A DNA stretch of 64,000 bases, from positions 64,001-128,000 of the forward strand of contig JAXGPA010000002.1 in NCBI GenBank assembly GCA_040767195.1, in the 5' to 3' direction. The notes beneath the pieces were generated by a model. That model worked only from the letters and a program-made list of their open reading frames with translations, did not search any database and was not told where the DNA came from. This document shows positions 19,998 through 29,652 of this stretch, piece after piece (position 1 is the stretch's first letter; the number at the start of each line of letters is the position of its first letter). Source of the stretch: Syntrophales bacterium (GTDB taxonomy: Bacteria; Desulfobacterota; Syntrophia; Syntrophales; UBA6807). Made by a program: the position numbers and the translations under genes.

Positions 19998-20650
19998 GAG
20001 GCCTCTATCTCGTCACGGACCGGGACCTCTGCGGGGGAAGGCCCCTGGAAGAGGTCGTCCTTGCCTCCGTCCGGGGGGGCGCCGCCTGCGTCCAGATCCG
20101 GGAAAAAGCCCTCTCCACCCGGGCTTTCATCGAGGAGGCCCACCGGATCAAGGACCTTCTCGCCCCTTTCCGGGTTCCCCTCGTCATTAACGACCGGGTG
20201 GACGTGGCCCTGGCCGTGAAGGCCGACGGCATCCACGTGGGGCAGGATGACATGCCTTATGAAACGGCGAGGCGCCTCCTGGGCTCCGCGGCCCTCATCG
20301 GCCTTTCCGTGGAAACCTGGGAAGACGTGGAACGGGCGCAGGCACTCGACGTGAATTACCTGGGGGTGAGCCCCGTCTTCGAAACCCCCACCAAGACGGA
20401 CACCAGGGGCAGCTGGGGGCTCGAGGGTCTGGCGAAAATCCGGGCGTTCTCCCGCCATCCTCTCGTGGCCATCGGCGGTCTCAACCTGTCCAACGCCGAA
20501 GCCGCCGTCCGGGCAGGAGCCGATGCCGTCGCCGTGGTTTCCGCCGTCTGCGCCGCTCCCGATCCCTTCGCCGCCTCCCGGGACCTGACCGGCATCATCG
20601 AAAAAACCCTCCGGGAGCGAAAACTCGGAGAACGGACCCATGAACCCTGA
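19994..20650 (+). CDS. thiE: Thiamine-phosphate synthase
   Basis: LYLVTD, VQIREK, INDRVDVA, GIHVGQDD, PVFETPTK, VAIGG. Confidence 0.95.
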   Translation: MRGLYLVTDRDLCGGRPLEEVVLASVRGGAACVQIREKALSTRAFIEEAHRIKDLLAPFRVPLVINDRVDVALAVKADGIHVGQDDMPYETARRLLGSAALIGLSVETWEDVERAQALDVNYLGVSPVFETPTKTDTRGSWGLEGLAKIRAFSRHPLVAIGGLNLSNAEAAVRAGADAVAVVSAVCAAPDPFAASRDLTGIIEKTLRERKLGERTHEP

Positions 20651-21512
20651 ACAGCTCGTCATCTTCGACTACTCCGGAACGCTGAGTCTCGCCTCCGTCC
20701 TTTTCGGAAGACCGGACAACCTGATGGGCCGGCTGAAGGAAAGCGGCCTTTTCGACCTGGGCGTGAAAAGCCTGGATTTCTTCTGGCGGGAGATCGTCGC
20801 CCCGACGTGGGAAGAAGGAAGCACCACCGGCATCGGTTACGCCGGGATGATCGAAAAGAGACTCAAGGAACGCTTCCCGGACAGCAACCGGGATGACCGC
20901 GAAACCCGGTCCGCCGCCAACCGGTTCGTTCAGAGCTACCTGGATTACTCCGCCCCGGACAACCGGTGGGAACCCCTTCTCCGGCACCTGGCAGCCCGGG
21001 GCGACACCGCCGTCGTCGTCGCCACCGACCACTACGCCGAGGCGACGGGGGCCATCCTCCGGTTTCTGGGGGAACTGGGCCTGCCGTCCGCAGGAGCTCC
21101 CGAAGCGCTTCGTGACCCCGGCCGGCAGGACCGTCTTGTCGTCGCCAATTCCGCCGACCTGGGATACCCCAAGGGGGACCGCCTCTTCTGGGAAACGCTC
21201 AAAAAAGGGCTTCACCTGGAAGGGGTCAGGCGGGTTCTGTGGATCGACGACTTCGGTTTCAACGAGGATACGGGGGACATCTACGGGGCCCGGGAAAAGG
21301 TCGAGGCCCGAAAAGAACGGACCGCGGCCGTCCTGAAGGAGGTTTTTCCCGGAGAGATCCGAACCCTTCCCTTCCTGGTCACCCGGGGCGAAAAAGGCCC
21401 CGGTCGCCCCGAAGACCGGGAAACCCTGTACGGCGCCCTGATCGGCCGAACGGTCCAGGCGGTCGAAGCCTGGGCGGCGGAACGGGAAGACGGCGGGCGG
21501 GTTGCTTCTTGA
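20640..21512 (+). CDS. HAD-superfamily-like hypothetical protein
   Basis: Motif I-like IFDYSGTL, II-like VATD, III-like SADLGYPKGD, IV-like LWIDDFGFN; overlaps the end of thiE. Confidence 0.7.
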   Translation: MNPEQLVIFDYSGTLSLASVLFGRPDNLMGRLKESGLFDLGVKSLDFFWREIVAPTWEEGSTTGIGYAGMIEKRLKERFPDSNRDDRETRSAANRFVQSYLDYSAPDNRWEPLLRHLAARGDTAVVVATDHYAEATGAILRFLGELGLPSAGAPEALRDPGRQDRLVVANSADLGYPKGDRLFWETLKKGLHLEGVRRVLWIDDFGFNEDTGDIYGAREKVEARKERTAAVLKEVFPGEIRTLPFLVTRGEKGPGRPEDRETLYGALIGRTVQAVEAWAAEREDGGRVAS

Positions 21513-21537
21513 CAGTCCCGAGAACCTGAGCCATACT
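21509..21537 (+). promoter_or_regulatory. Putative sigma70 promoter
   Basis: TTGACA-17 nt-CATACT upstream of the ABM gene. Confidence 0.65.
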
Positions 21538-21580
21538 TAAAATTGGGGGAACGGCGGTCGGCCCGCAAAAGGAGGACCCC

Positions 21581-21919
21581 ATGATCTATGTCATTGCCAC
21601 CATCGAGGTGGTTGAAGGAAAAAGAGAGCCGTACCTCGAGGAAATCGGTAAAATCCTTCCTGACGTGCGGGCGGAAAAGGGGTGCATCGAATATGTCCCC
21701 GTCATCGATCTTCCCGCCCAGTTCTCCGCCCAGGAACCCGTTCGGGGCGACCGGGTGACGATCATCGAAAAGTGGGAAACCCTCGAGGACCTGAAGAGCC
21801 ACATGGAAGCGCCCCACATGAAGGAATACCGGGAAAGGGCCAGGAAATACATCGTTTCATCGCGGGTACAGATCTTCACGTCCCCGAAACCGGGCCGTCA
21901 CCCCGACCCTGCTGTTTAA
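21581..21919 (+). CDS. Antibiotic biosynthesis monooxygenase-domain protein (YgiN-like)
   Basis: VRAEKGCIEY, IIEKWETLEDLKSHMEAPHM; AGGAGG RBS. Confidence 0.88.
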   Translation: MIYVIATIEVVEGKREPYLEEIGKILPDVRAEKGCIEYVPVIDLPAQFSAQEPVRGDRVTIIEKWETLEDLKSHMEAPHMKEYRERARKYIVSSRVQIFTSPKPGRHPDPAV

Positions 21920-22038
21920 AACGCCGCCGAAAGAGGCTCGCCGACGGACGGCCCGTCCCGGCGTTGAACGGCCGGGGCCCTGGTCCCCCTGGAAGAGCCC
22001 TCTCAGGAGATAAAACGAGTAACCAAGAGGCTGACAGG

Positions 22039-23286
22039 ATGGCGAAAGAAAAAAAGTCCCGCGAGTTCCGGTCCGAAGAAGACCGCCGTAAAGACCTGGC
22101 GAAACGGCTTGCCCGGATGGTCCGCCTGGGGCACCGCAAGGCCCCCGGGGTGCGGGAAATGTTTAATAAGCTTGGGTTGAAACCCCGAGATATCCAAGAT
22201 CTGGACGATCTTTCCCTGCTTCCCGTCCTGTCCCGGGAAAGGCTCGTCGCCCTGGAAAAGGAGCGGCCGCCCTTCGGCGGACTGGCCCGGGAGGACCGTC
22301 CCTTCCAGCGGGTCTTCACGTCTCCCGGCCCGGTCTACGAGCCCCATCTCGACGCGGGAAGCCTCTGGGCGACGGGATACCGGGCGGCGGGGATCGGCAA
22401 GGGGGACGTGGTCCTCAACGCCTTTTCCTACCACATGGTAGCGGCGGGACTCACCTTTCACGAAGGGCTCCGGGCCTGCGGGGCCACCGTGATCCCCTCG
22501 GGGACCTCCAGCACGGAACAGCAGGTCCAGCTCATCCGGGATCTCGGCGTCACCGCTTACACGGGAACACCCAGCTTCCTCATGGCCATCATTTCCAAAG
22601 CGGAGGCATCAGGCCATGACTTCCGGAAGGACTTCTCCATCCGCAGGGCCGTCTTCGTGGCCGAGCCGCTCCGGCCCCCCGTCCGGGAGACCCTGGAAAC
22701 GAACTACGGCATCGACACCTACCAGATGTACGGCGCCACGGAAGTGGGGGATATCGCCTACGAGTGCCCCGTTAAAAAGGGCTGGCATCTCTGCGAGGAC
22801 GTCATCGTGGAGATTGTCGACCCCGCCTCGGGGAAGGCCGTGGCACCGGGGCAGCTCGGGGAGGTGGTCGTCACGAGGCTGAACGACCTCTTTTTCCTGT
22901 TCCGCTTCGGAACGGGGGACCTCTCCGCCCTCGTGGACGAACCCTGTCCCTGCGGACGGACCGCCTTGCGCCTCCGCGGCATCGCGGGACGGGTGGGAGA
23001 GGCCGTCAAGGTCCGGGGGCTTTTCATCGCCCCGAGCCAGATCGGCCTCCTGAAGGAACGGTTCCCGGGCCTCGATCTCCAGGTGGAGATCACCCGGAAA
23101 AACGACCGGGATCATGTTCTCGTGACCCTGGAAGCGGACCCCCCCGCAGCGGGCCTCGAAGATCGATTCCAGGCCCTTTTCACCGGGATCTGCACCGTCC
23201 GGGCCGACGAAATCAGGATCGTCCAGCGGGGAACCCTCCAGGACCGGGAAAAGCCCCTCGTGGACCGCCGTTCCTGGGAGAAATAG
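22039..23286 (+). CDS. Phenylacetate-CoA ligase family AMP-binding protein
   Basis: VFTSPGP, YTGTPSFL, YGATE, FRFGTGDLS, CPCGRT, VKVRGLF. Confidence 0.85.
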   Translation: MAKEKKSREFRSEEDRRKDLAKRLARMVRLGHRKAPGVREMFNKLGLKPRDIQDLDDLSLLPVLSRERLVALEKERPPFGGLAREDRPFQRVFTSPGPVYEPHLDAGSLWATGYRAAGIGKGDVVLNAFSYHMVAAGLTFHEGLRACGATVIPSGTSSTEQQVQLIRDLGVTAYTGTPSFLMAIISKAEASGHDFRKDFSIRRAVFVAEPLRPPVRETLETNYGIDTYQMYGATEVGDIAYECPVKKGWHLCEDVIVEIVDPASGKAVAPGQLGEVVVTRLNDLFFLFRFGTGDLSALVDEPCPCGRTALRLRGIAGRVGEAVKVRGLFIAPSQIGLLKERFPGLDLQVEITRKNDRDHVLVTLEADPPAAGLEDRFQALFTGICTVRADEIRIVQRGTLQDREKPLVDRRSWEK

Positions 23287-23316
23287 GCCGGCGGCTTCGA
23301 CTCCCCTATTTTTTTA

Positions 23317-23345
23317 TTGACACCGGATCTTTCTTTTTTTAGGAT
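23317..23345 (+). promoter_or_regulatory. Putative sigma70 promoter of the btu operon
   Basis: TTGACA-17 nt-TAGGAT just upstream of the riboswitch. Confidence 0.7.
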
Positions 23346-23368
23346 TCGCAAAACAGACGACGTCCAAA

Positions 23369-23516
23369 TCGGTGGATGCGCGGAAGAGGGGTGAAAATCC
23401 CCCGCTGCCCCGCAGCCGTGAAGGGAACGAAAACCCAAGGAAGCCACTGTTCCGAACCTGTCGGGATGGGAAGGCGGGTGAGTAGGTTGCCCGAAGCCGG
23501 AAGACCCTTCCACCGA
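23369..23516 (+). ncRNA. Cobalamin riboswitch
   Basis: GGTGAAAATCC, CTGCCCCGCAGCCGTG, GCCACTG, GGGAAGGC, B12 box AAGCCGGAAGACC; P1 tcggtgga/tccaccga. Confidence 0.92.
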
Positions 23517-23654
23517 AAATCCTCGAGGGAGGAACCCCCATGAGCGCATTCCCCTTTCATTCATCTCACGAAAGTCTCCGGCGGGTTTCCACGGTCAGAA
23601 CGTAACGGACCGGGCGGCCTGTTCTCCCTTTTCGGCCGCCTGAAACAGACCGCC

Positions 23655-24674
23655 ATGAAAGAAAAGGCTCCCGTCAGCAGGAAAAAGATCCTCCAGGTCA
23701 CGGCGCTTCTCGTCTCGATCTACGGGATCGTCTTCATCGTCTCCCTCTGTCTCGGACCGACCCGGATCTCCCTTCTCAAGACCCTGGGAAGTTTTTTCTT
23801 CTCGGGAACGCCGGGGCCCGCCGTCTCGGACAGTCCCGAAACGGCCATCCTTTTTTCCATCCGCTTACCCAGGGTTCTGTTCGCAAGCCTCGTCGGGGCC
23901 TCTCTCTCCCTCGCCGGGGCCGCCTTTCAGACCCTTCTTCGGAACCCGCTGGCGGACCCCTACATCCTGGGAATTTCCGGGGGATCCGCCACGGGGGCCA
24001 TCATCGCCATCGCCACGGGGCTGTCCGCCCTGCCTTTCGGTGTCCCCGCCCTCGCCTTTCTGGGGGCCGTCGTGACCATCTTCCTGGTTTTCGCCATCGG
24101 CCGGACCGATTCGAATGTCCTTCTTCTCGCCGGGGTCATCGTCAACGCCTTCTTTTCCGCCGTCATTCTCTTTTTTCTCTCCATCAGCCGCAGCGCTGAC
24201 CTCCACAGCATGGCCTTCTGGCTCATGGGAGATCTCGGTCTCGCCACGAACCGCGAACTCCTCCTCGTCTGCCTTTCCCTCGCCGTTGGGTTTGCCGTTC
24301 TCTACTACCATGCCCGCCCCCTCAACCTTCTCGCCACGGGGGAGGAGACGGCGGTCCACCTGGGCGTCTCCGTGGAAAAGACGAAGGTTCTTCTTTTCCT
24401 TGCCGGGTCCCTCATCACCGCCGTGGCCGTTTCCTTCAGCGGGATCATCGGTTTCGTGGGGCTCGTCATCCCCCACATGATGCGCCTCGCTTTCGGAGCC
24501 GACCACCGGCTCCTCTTTCCCGCCACGGCCCTGTTCGGGGCCGCCTACCTCATGGCGGCGGACACGGCCGCCCGGGTTCTCGTCCCGTCGACGGAACTCC
24601 CCGTCGGGGTCATCACCGCCCTGTGCGGGGCCCCGTACTTCATCTGGCTGCTCCGGCGGAAGGGAGGGGTCTGA
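23655..24674 (+). CDS. btuC: Cobalamin ABC permease (FecCD family)
   Basis: IRLPRV, RNPLADPYILGISGG, GIIGFVGLVIPH, ELPVGVIT; behind the B12 riboswitch. Confidence 0.88.
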   Translation: MKEKAPVSRKKILQVTALLVSIYGIVFIVSLCLGPTRISLLKTLGSFFFSGTPGPAVSDSPETAILFSIRLPRVLFASLVGASLSLAGAAFQTLLRNPLADPYILGISGGSATGAIIAIATGLSALPFGVPALAFLGAVVTIFLVFAIGRTDSNVLLLAGVIVNAFFSAVILFFLSISRSADLHSMAFWLMGDLGLATNRELLLVCLSLAVGFAVLYYHARPLNLLATGEETAVHLGVSVEKTKVLLFLAGSLITAVAVSFSGIIGFVGLVIPHMMRLAFGADHRLLFPATALFGAAYLMAADTAARVLVPSTELPVGVITALCGAPYFIWLLRRKGGV

Positions 24675-24678
24675 AAAA

Positions 24679-25506
24679 ATGATCCGTCTCGAAAACATCG
24701 GTTTTTCCTACCGGGAGCACCGGGTCCTCCGGGAGGTCTCCTTTTCCGTCGAGGCGGGCGACTTCCTGGGTATTCTCGGTCCCAACGGATCGGGAAAGAC
24801 CACCCTCATCAAGGTCATCGACGGGATCCTCATGCCCGGGGAAGGGACCGTCTTCCTCCGGGGGAAGGACATCCGGGCCATGAAGCGCCGGGACATCGCC
24901 CGGACCATGGCCGTCGTCCCCCAGGAAAGTCCTTTCGTCTTCTCCTACACGGTGGAGGAAATCGTTCTCATGGGACGCTCCCCCCACCTGGGAAACCTGG
25001 CCTTTGAAACGGACAGGGACCGGGACATGGCCCGGCGGGCCCTGGAGGAAACGGACACGGCCTCGGTGGCGGGAAGGAGCTTCAACGAGCTCAGCGGCGG
25101 CGAGAGGCAGCGGGTCCTCATCGCCCGGGCCCTGGCCCAGGAACCGGCCCTTCTTCTCCTCGACGAACCCACCGCCTTTCTCGACCTGCGGCACCAGATC
25201 GCCTTTATGAACCTTCTGGCCGGTCTCAACCGGGAAAAGGGGCTCACCATTCTCGCCGTCACCCACGACATCAACCTGGCGGCCCTTTTCTGCGGAAAAA
25301 TCCTTCTCCTCAAGGAAGGCGCCGTTCATTCCCTCGGCACCCCCGGGGACATTCTCACAGAAGAGGCCGTCCGCGACGTTTACGGCGTGGAGGCCCGCAT
25401 CGACCGCCACCCGTCCGCCGGAACCCCCCGGGTGACCGTCCTCCCCGACAGGACCGGATACGTTCCACCGAAACGATCGACCATTCAAAAGGAGGAAGCG
25501 TTATGA
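24679..25506 (+). CDS. btuD: Cobalamin ABC ATPase
   Basis: GPNGSGKT, LSGGERQR, LLLDEPT, THDINLA. Confidence 0.88.
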   Translation: MIRLENIGFSYREHRVLREVSFSVEAGDFLGILGPNGSGKTTLIKVIDGILMPGEGTVFLRGKDIRAMKRRDIARTMAVVPQESPFVFSYTVEEIVLMGRSPHLGNLAFETDRDRDMARRALEETDTASVAGRSFNELSGGERQRVLIARALAQEPALLLLDEPTAFLDLRHQIAFMNLLAGLNREKGLTILAVTHDINLAALFCGKILLLKEGAVHSLGTPGDILTEEAVRDVYGVEARIDRHPSAGTPRVTVLPDRTGYVPPKRSTIQKEEAL

Positions 25507-27563
25507 GAGTTTTTGTTTCACTGGCCGCGGCCCTTCTTGTTCTTCCATTCTTCGGGGCGGCGCCCGCCGGGGCGGCCCCGCCGGACGACCCTGCCCGGAT
25601 GGAGGAAGTGGTGGTCACGGCCACCCGGGACGAGGAGGAAATCCGGCGGATCCCCGCCAACGTGTCCGTCATCACCGAATCGGACCTGGCCGAATCGGGC
25701 GCCACGACGGTGGTGGAAGCCCTGGAAAAGCTGGAAAGCATTAACATTCGAAGCTACAGTGGCAACCCGTCCCAGGCGGTGGTGGATCTGCGGGGGTTCG
25801 GAGGGGATAACCCCTATGGAAAAACCCTGATACTTCTTGACGGGCGTCGCTTGAACCGCCCCGACATGGCCTCCCTCAACTGGCTCCAGATCCCCGTTGC
25901 TAACGTGGAACGGATCGAGGTGGTTCGGGGCGGCTCGAGTGCCCTTTACGGGGACAACGCCGTGGGCGGAGTCATCAACATCATCACAAAAAAAGGGGTA
26001 GGCAAGCCCGCCGGGCGGGCTTCGGTCATCCTGGGAAGCTACGGCCTCCACGACGAACGGGCCGGCGTGACCGGGTCCGCGGGCCGGTTCACTTACGCCC
26101 TGAACGGCGAGAACCAGCGGAGCTTCGGATACCGGGAACGGTCCAAGTTCACGGCGAAAAGCGCCGGCCTCGACCTGGGATACGACTTTTCCGAGTATCT
26201 CGGCGCTTCCCTCTCCCTTTCCGCCAATCGCACGAAATTCGACCTCCCGGGCACCCTGACGAAAAGCGAGATGGAGGCGGACCGGCGACAGTACCAGCCC
26301 GGCGGACCCTGGACGCCTGCCCACTCGGACGATGAAATGACGGAAGACTACCAGAACGCGAGTTTCCGCCTCGAGTCCTTCCTGGGTGACTGGGGTGAGC
26401 TTTACGGCGATTTCCTGTTCGGGAGCAAGGACATCGAGGCGAACATGCCTTCCCAGTACTCGAACCAGTTCAATGACTACGACATCAAGACCTACGGCTT
26501 CACCCCGAAATACGTCCTGGAAAAGACCCTCTTCGGGCACCGGAACAAGTTCCTTCTCGGCCTCGACCTCTACCGCGAAACCATGGACGTGGATAAATAC
26601 GGCAACCTTGACCGGACCCTGAAAACCCAGGAGGCGGATTTCACACGGACCAGTCTCGGCGTCTACGCCCGGGACGAGTTCAGCCTCCTGGACGACCTCC
26701 TCCTGAGCGCCGCCTACCGGACGGAGCGGGCGAAGATAGAGGGCACCTACACTAACCTGTCCGATGCTTCCGAAGGCTTCAAGGACGACCAGAAGGTCCA
26801 CCACGCCGAAGCCTGGGAGATGGGCCTCACGTACCTCCTGGGCGAGCGTTCGAACATCTTTGCCCGGTACGCCACGGTCTACCGCTACCCCTTCCTGGAC
26901 GAGCAGGCCTCCTACCTGGGAACGCCCATCCAGTTCCTCACGGACCTGGACAAGGAAAAGGGGAAAAGCTACGACATGGGGACCCGGTTCTTCCCCCTGG
27001 AAAACCTCATGCTCGGCGTCACCCTGTACCGCATTGACATGGAAGATGAAATCAAGTACGTAGGCGTCTGGCCCACGGGGAAAAACGTCAATCTCGACAA
27101 GACCCGCCACGAGGGCGTGGAAATGAAGATCCGCTACACCCTGCCCGGCTGGTTCGACCTCACGGGAAACGCCACGTACCAGAAGGCCTTTTTCACCGAG
27201 GGACCTTACGAGGACAAGGACATTCCCCTGGTCCCCCGATGGCTCGTCAACGGGGAAGTGGAAATCTTCCTTCCCTTCGATTTCGTCCTCCGGCCGGAGA
27301 TCCGCTATCGAAGCGATTCGTGGCTGGGCGACGACCTGGACAACTCGGCGGAAAAGCTGGACGGATATACGACGTACAACCTGTTTCTCTTCTACCGGCC
27401 CAGGATCGACGGCCTCCGCCTCTCCGCCTTTTTCGGGGTGGAAAACCTGACCGACGAAAAATACGCCACCTACGGGTACGACCTGGCCCAGTGGGGCATG
27501 GAAAACACCTACTATCCCGCTCCGGGGATCACCCTCAAGGGAGGGCTAACGATCGAATTTTGA
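25503..27563 (+). CDS. btuB: TonB-dependent cobalamin receptor
   Basis: Signal peptide, EEVVVTATR TonB box, ERIEVVRGGSSALYG, terminal Phe. Confidence 0.88.
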   Translation: MRVFVSLAAALLVLPFFGAAPAGAAPPDDPARMEEVVVTATRDEEEIRRIPANVSVITESDLAESGATTVVEALEKLESINIRSYSGNPSQAVVDLRGFGGDNPYGKTLILLDGRRLNRPDMASLNWLQIPVANVERIEVVRGGSSALYGDNAVGGVINIITKKGVGKPAGRASVILGSYGLHDERAGVTGSAGRFTYALNGENQRSFGYRERSKFTAKSAGLDLGYDFSEYLGASLSLSANRTKFDLPGTLTKSEMEADRRQYQPGGPWTPAHSDDEMTEDYQNASFRLESFLGDWGELYGDFLFGSKDIEANMPSQYSNQFNDYDIKTYGFTPKYVLEKTLFGHRNKFLLGLDLYRETMDVDKYGNLDRTLKTQEADFTRTSLGVYARDEFSLLDDLLLSAAYRTERAKIEGTYTNLSDASEGFKDDQKVHHAEAWEMGLTYLLGERSNIFARYATVYRYPFLDEQASYLGTPIQFLTDLDKEKGKSYDMGTRFFPLENLMLGVTLYRIDMEDEIKYVGVWPTGKNVNLDKTRHEGVEMKIRYTLPGWFDLTGNATYQKAFFTEGPYEDKDIPLVPRWLVNGEVEIFLPFDFVLRPEIRYRSDSWLGDDLDNSAEKLDGYTTYNLFLFYRPRIDGLRLSAFFGVENLTDEKYATYGYDLAQWGMENTYYPAPGITLKGGLTIEF

Positions 27564-27726
27564 CGACTTCGTAAAAAGCCCATAGGCTGTGTCGCCCTTC
27601 ATCCCCCGTCATTGCGACGTACCAATAAGTACGTCACATTCCTCGGGACTTGGGCGCCTTGCCTCTGGATCTTTTTACAAAGCCGTCTGTAACGAAACCT
27701 TTTTCGAGTTTTTACGAGTTCATCAA
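27560..27726. mobile_element. MITE-like structured repeat, copy 1
   Basis: Ends ttgacgacttcgtaaaaag ... tttttacgagttcatcaa, inner end copy at 27671-27687, central hairpin 27613-27638; homologous in inverted orientation to 35000-35176. Confidence 0.75.
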
Positions 27727-27734
27727 TTTTAGCC

Positions 27735-28640
27735 ATGAGATCGTTCCTGACACGGACGGGAGGCCGGCTCCTCCTCCCGTCGCTCTTTTTTTTCTCCTGT
27801 CTTTTCCCCTCCCCGGGCGGGGCATCGGCCTTCACCGATGACCTGGGAAGGGTCGTGGACATCCCCGAGGCCCCCCGGCGAATCGTTTCCCTGGCCCCGA
27901 ATCTCACCGAGGTGCTCTTCGCCCTGGGGCTGGAGGACCGCATCGCCGGCGTGACCTCTTACTGCGACTACCCCGAGGGGGCGCGGGAAAAACCCAAAAT
28001 CGGCGGCTTCATCCACTTTTCCCTGGAAAAGCTGGTTTCCCTCGAGCCGGACCTCGTTCTCGCCACCGCCGACGGCAACCGGAAGGAAACGGTTCTCCAG
28101 ATCGAGAGGCTCGGCGTCCCCCTTTACGTCGTCAATCCGGAAACGGTCGATGACGTCCTCGCCATGATCGAAACCCTGGGACGGATCACGGGAACGCCGG
28201 ACCGGGCCGGGCCTCTTGCGGCCGCCCTCCGGAAGCGCATCGACAGGATCGTCGCTTCGGCCTCGGGGCGGCCCGCCCCCCGGGTGTTTCTCCAGGTGGG
28301 AACGGAGGGCCTCATCACGGCGGGGCGGGGCACGTTTCTCGACGAACTGATCCGCCTTTCCGGCGCCGTCAACGTGGCCGGGGCGGAAACGGTCCGCTAC
28401 CCCCGATACGGGATGGAAAAGGTGGTATCCCTTGAACCGGAGGTCATCCTCGTCATCGCCATGGACGGGGAGGCCCTTCCCGGAATTTTCTGGAAACGGT
28501 GGCCCGGAATCCCCGCCGTGGCGTCAAACCGGATTTATTTCCTCGACGCCGATCTCGTCACGAGGCCCTCCCACCGTATCGTCGACGGCCTGGAGGAGAT
28601 GTTCTCCCTGATCCATGCAGTGGAAAGGAACCCATTATGA
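27735..28640 (+). CDS. btuF: Cobalamin-binding periplasmic protein
   Basis: RIVSLAPNLTEVLFALG, YCDYP, EKLVSLEPDLV, RPSHRIVDG. Confidence 0.88.
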   Translation: MRSFLTRTGGRLLLPSLFFFSCLFPSPGGASAFTDDLGRVVDIPEAPRRIVSLAPNLTEVLFALGLEDRIAGVTSYCDYPEGAREKPKIGGFIHFSLEKLVSLEPDLVLATADGNRKETVLQIERLGVPLYVVNPETVDDVLAMIETLGRITGTPDRAGPLAAALRKRIDRIVASASGRPAPRVFLQVGTEGLITAGRGTFLDELIRLSGAVNVAGAETVRYPRYGMEKVVSLEPEVILVIAMDGEALPGIFWKRWPGIPAVASNRIYFLDADLVTRPSHRIVDGLEEMFSLIHAVERNPL

Positions 28641-29251
28641 TTGACTATTTTCTCCAGGGCGGACCGATCATGTATCCCCTTCTCCTGTGCTCCCTCGTTT
28701 CGCTCACCGTCATCATCGAGCGGAGCATTTTCTGGATCCGGGAAGACCGGCGGCGGGACCGCCATCTCCTGGACGAGCTCATGACCCTGGTGGAGCGGTG
28801 CGAACTGGACAAGGCCCGGGCCGTGACGGGGAACTCGAAGGATTTCGTCATCCGGGTCATGGTCTGCGGCATCGTCCACCAGGCCTTTTCCCTCCGTGAC
28901 GCCCTGCAGATGGGCGCCGACGAGGAAATCGCCCGGATGCGCCGCCATCTTCCCATCCTGGACACCATGATCACCCTCTCCCCTCTTCTGGGCATCCTGG
29001 GAACGGTGACGGGCATCATATACTCCTTCAACATGCTCGGCGCCGTGGGCATCGAGCAGCCCCGGATGATCACCGCGGGCATCGCCCAGGCCCTTCTCAC
29101 CACCGCCTTCGGGCTTCTCATCGCCATCCTGAGCCTTCTGCCCTACAATTATTTTCTTTCCAAGGTCGAGAAGGCGGCCCTGGAGATGGAAAAATACGGC
29201 ACCACCCTGGAAATCCTCTTCGAAAAACTCCGCAACGGGAAGACGCCGTGA
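28637..29251 (+). CDS. exbB: MotA/TolQ/ExbB proton channel
   Basis: GGPIMYPL, SPLLGILGTVTG, GIAQALLTTAFGL. Confidence 0.88.
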   Translation: MIDYFLQGGPIMYPLLLCSLVSLTVIIERSIFWIREDRRRDRHLLDELMTLVERCELDKARAVTGNSKDFVIRVMVCGIVHQAFSLRDALQMGADEEIARMRRHLPILDTMITLSPLLGILGTVTGIIYSFNMLGAVGIEQPRMITAGIAQALLTTAFGLLIAILSLLPYNYFLSKVEKAALEMEKYGTTLEILFEKLRNGKTP

Positions 29252-29652
29252 AAGTCACCCTGAAATATCCCAGAAAGGCCCGGATCGAGATGATCCCCCT
29301 CATGGACGTCATCTTTCTGCTTCTCGTCGCCTTCATCATGATGACCATGTCCATGACGATCCACCGCGGCGTCCCGGTGGAACTCCCGGCCTCGGAACAG
29401 GCGGACCTGGAAAAGAAATCCCTCGTCACGGTGACGGTCATGGAAGACGGTACCCTCTACCTGGACCGGGAGGAGGTTTCCCTGGCCGACCTCGGGAACC
29501 GGCTGGCCCGCCTGGCGGAAACGGGCCGCCAGCCCCGGGTTTTTCTGGCGGGAGACAAGAGGGCCGTCTATGAACGGGTCCTCGCCGTCATCGACGAGAT
29601 CCGGAAGGCCGGGGTGACCGGCATCTCCCTGGAAACCCGATGGGAAAAATGA
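29248..29652 (+). CDS. exbD: Biopolymer transporter ExbD
   Basis: IEMIPLMDVIFLLL, VELP, LAGDK. Confidence 0.88.
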   Translation: MKVTLKYPRKARIEMIPLMDVIFLLLVAFIMMTMSMTIHRGVPVELPASEQADLEKKSLVTVTVMEDGTLYLDREEVSLADLGNRLARLAETGRQPRVFLAGDKRAVYERVLAVIDEIRKAGVTGISLETRWEK

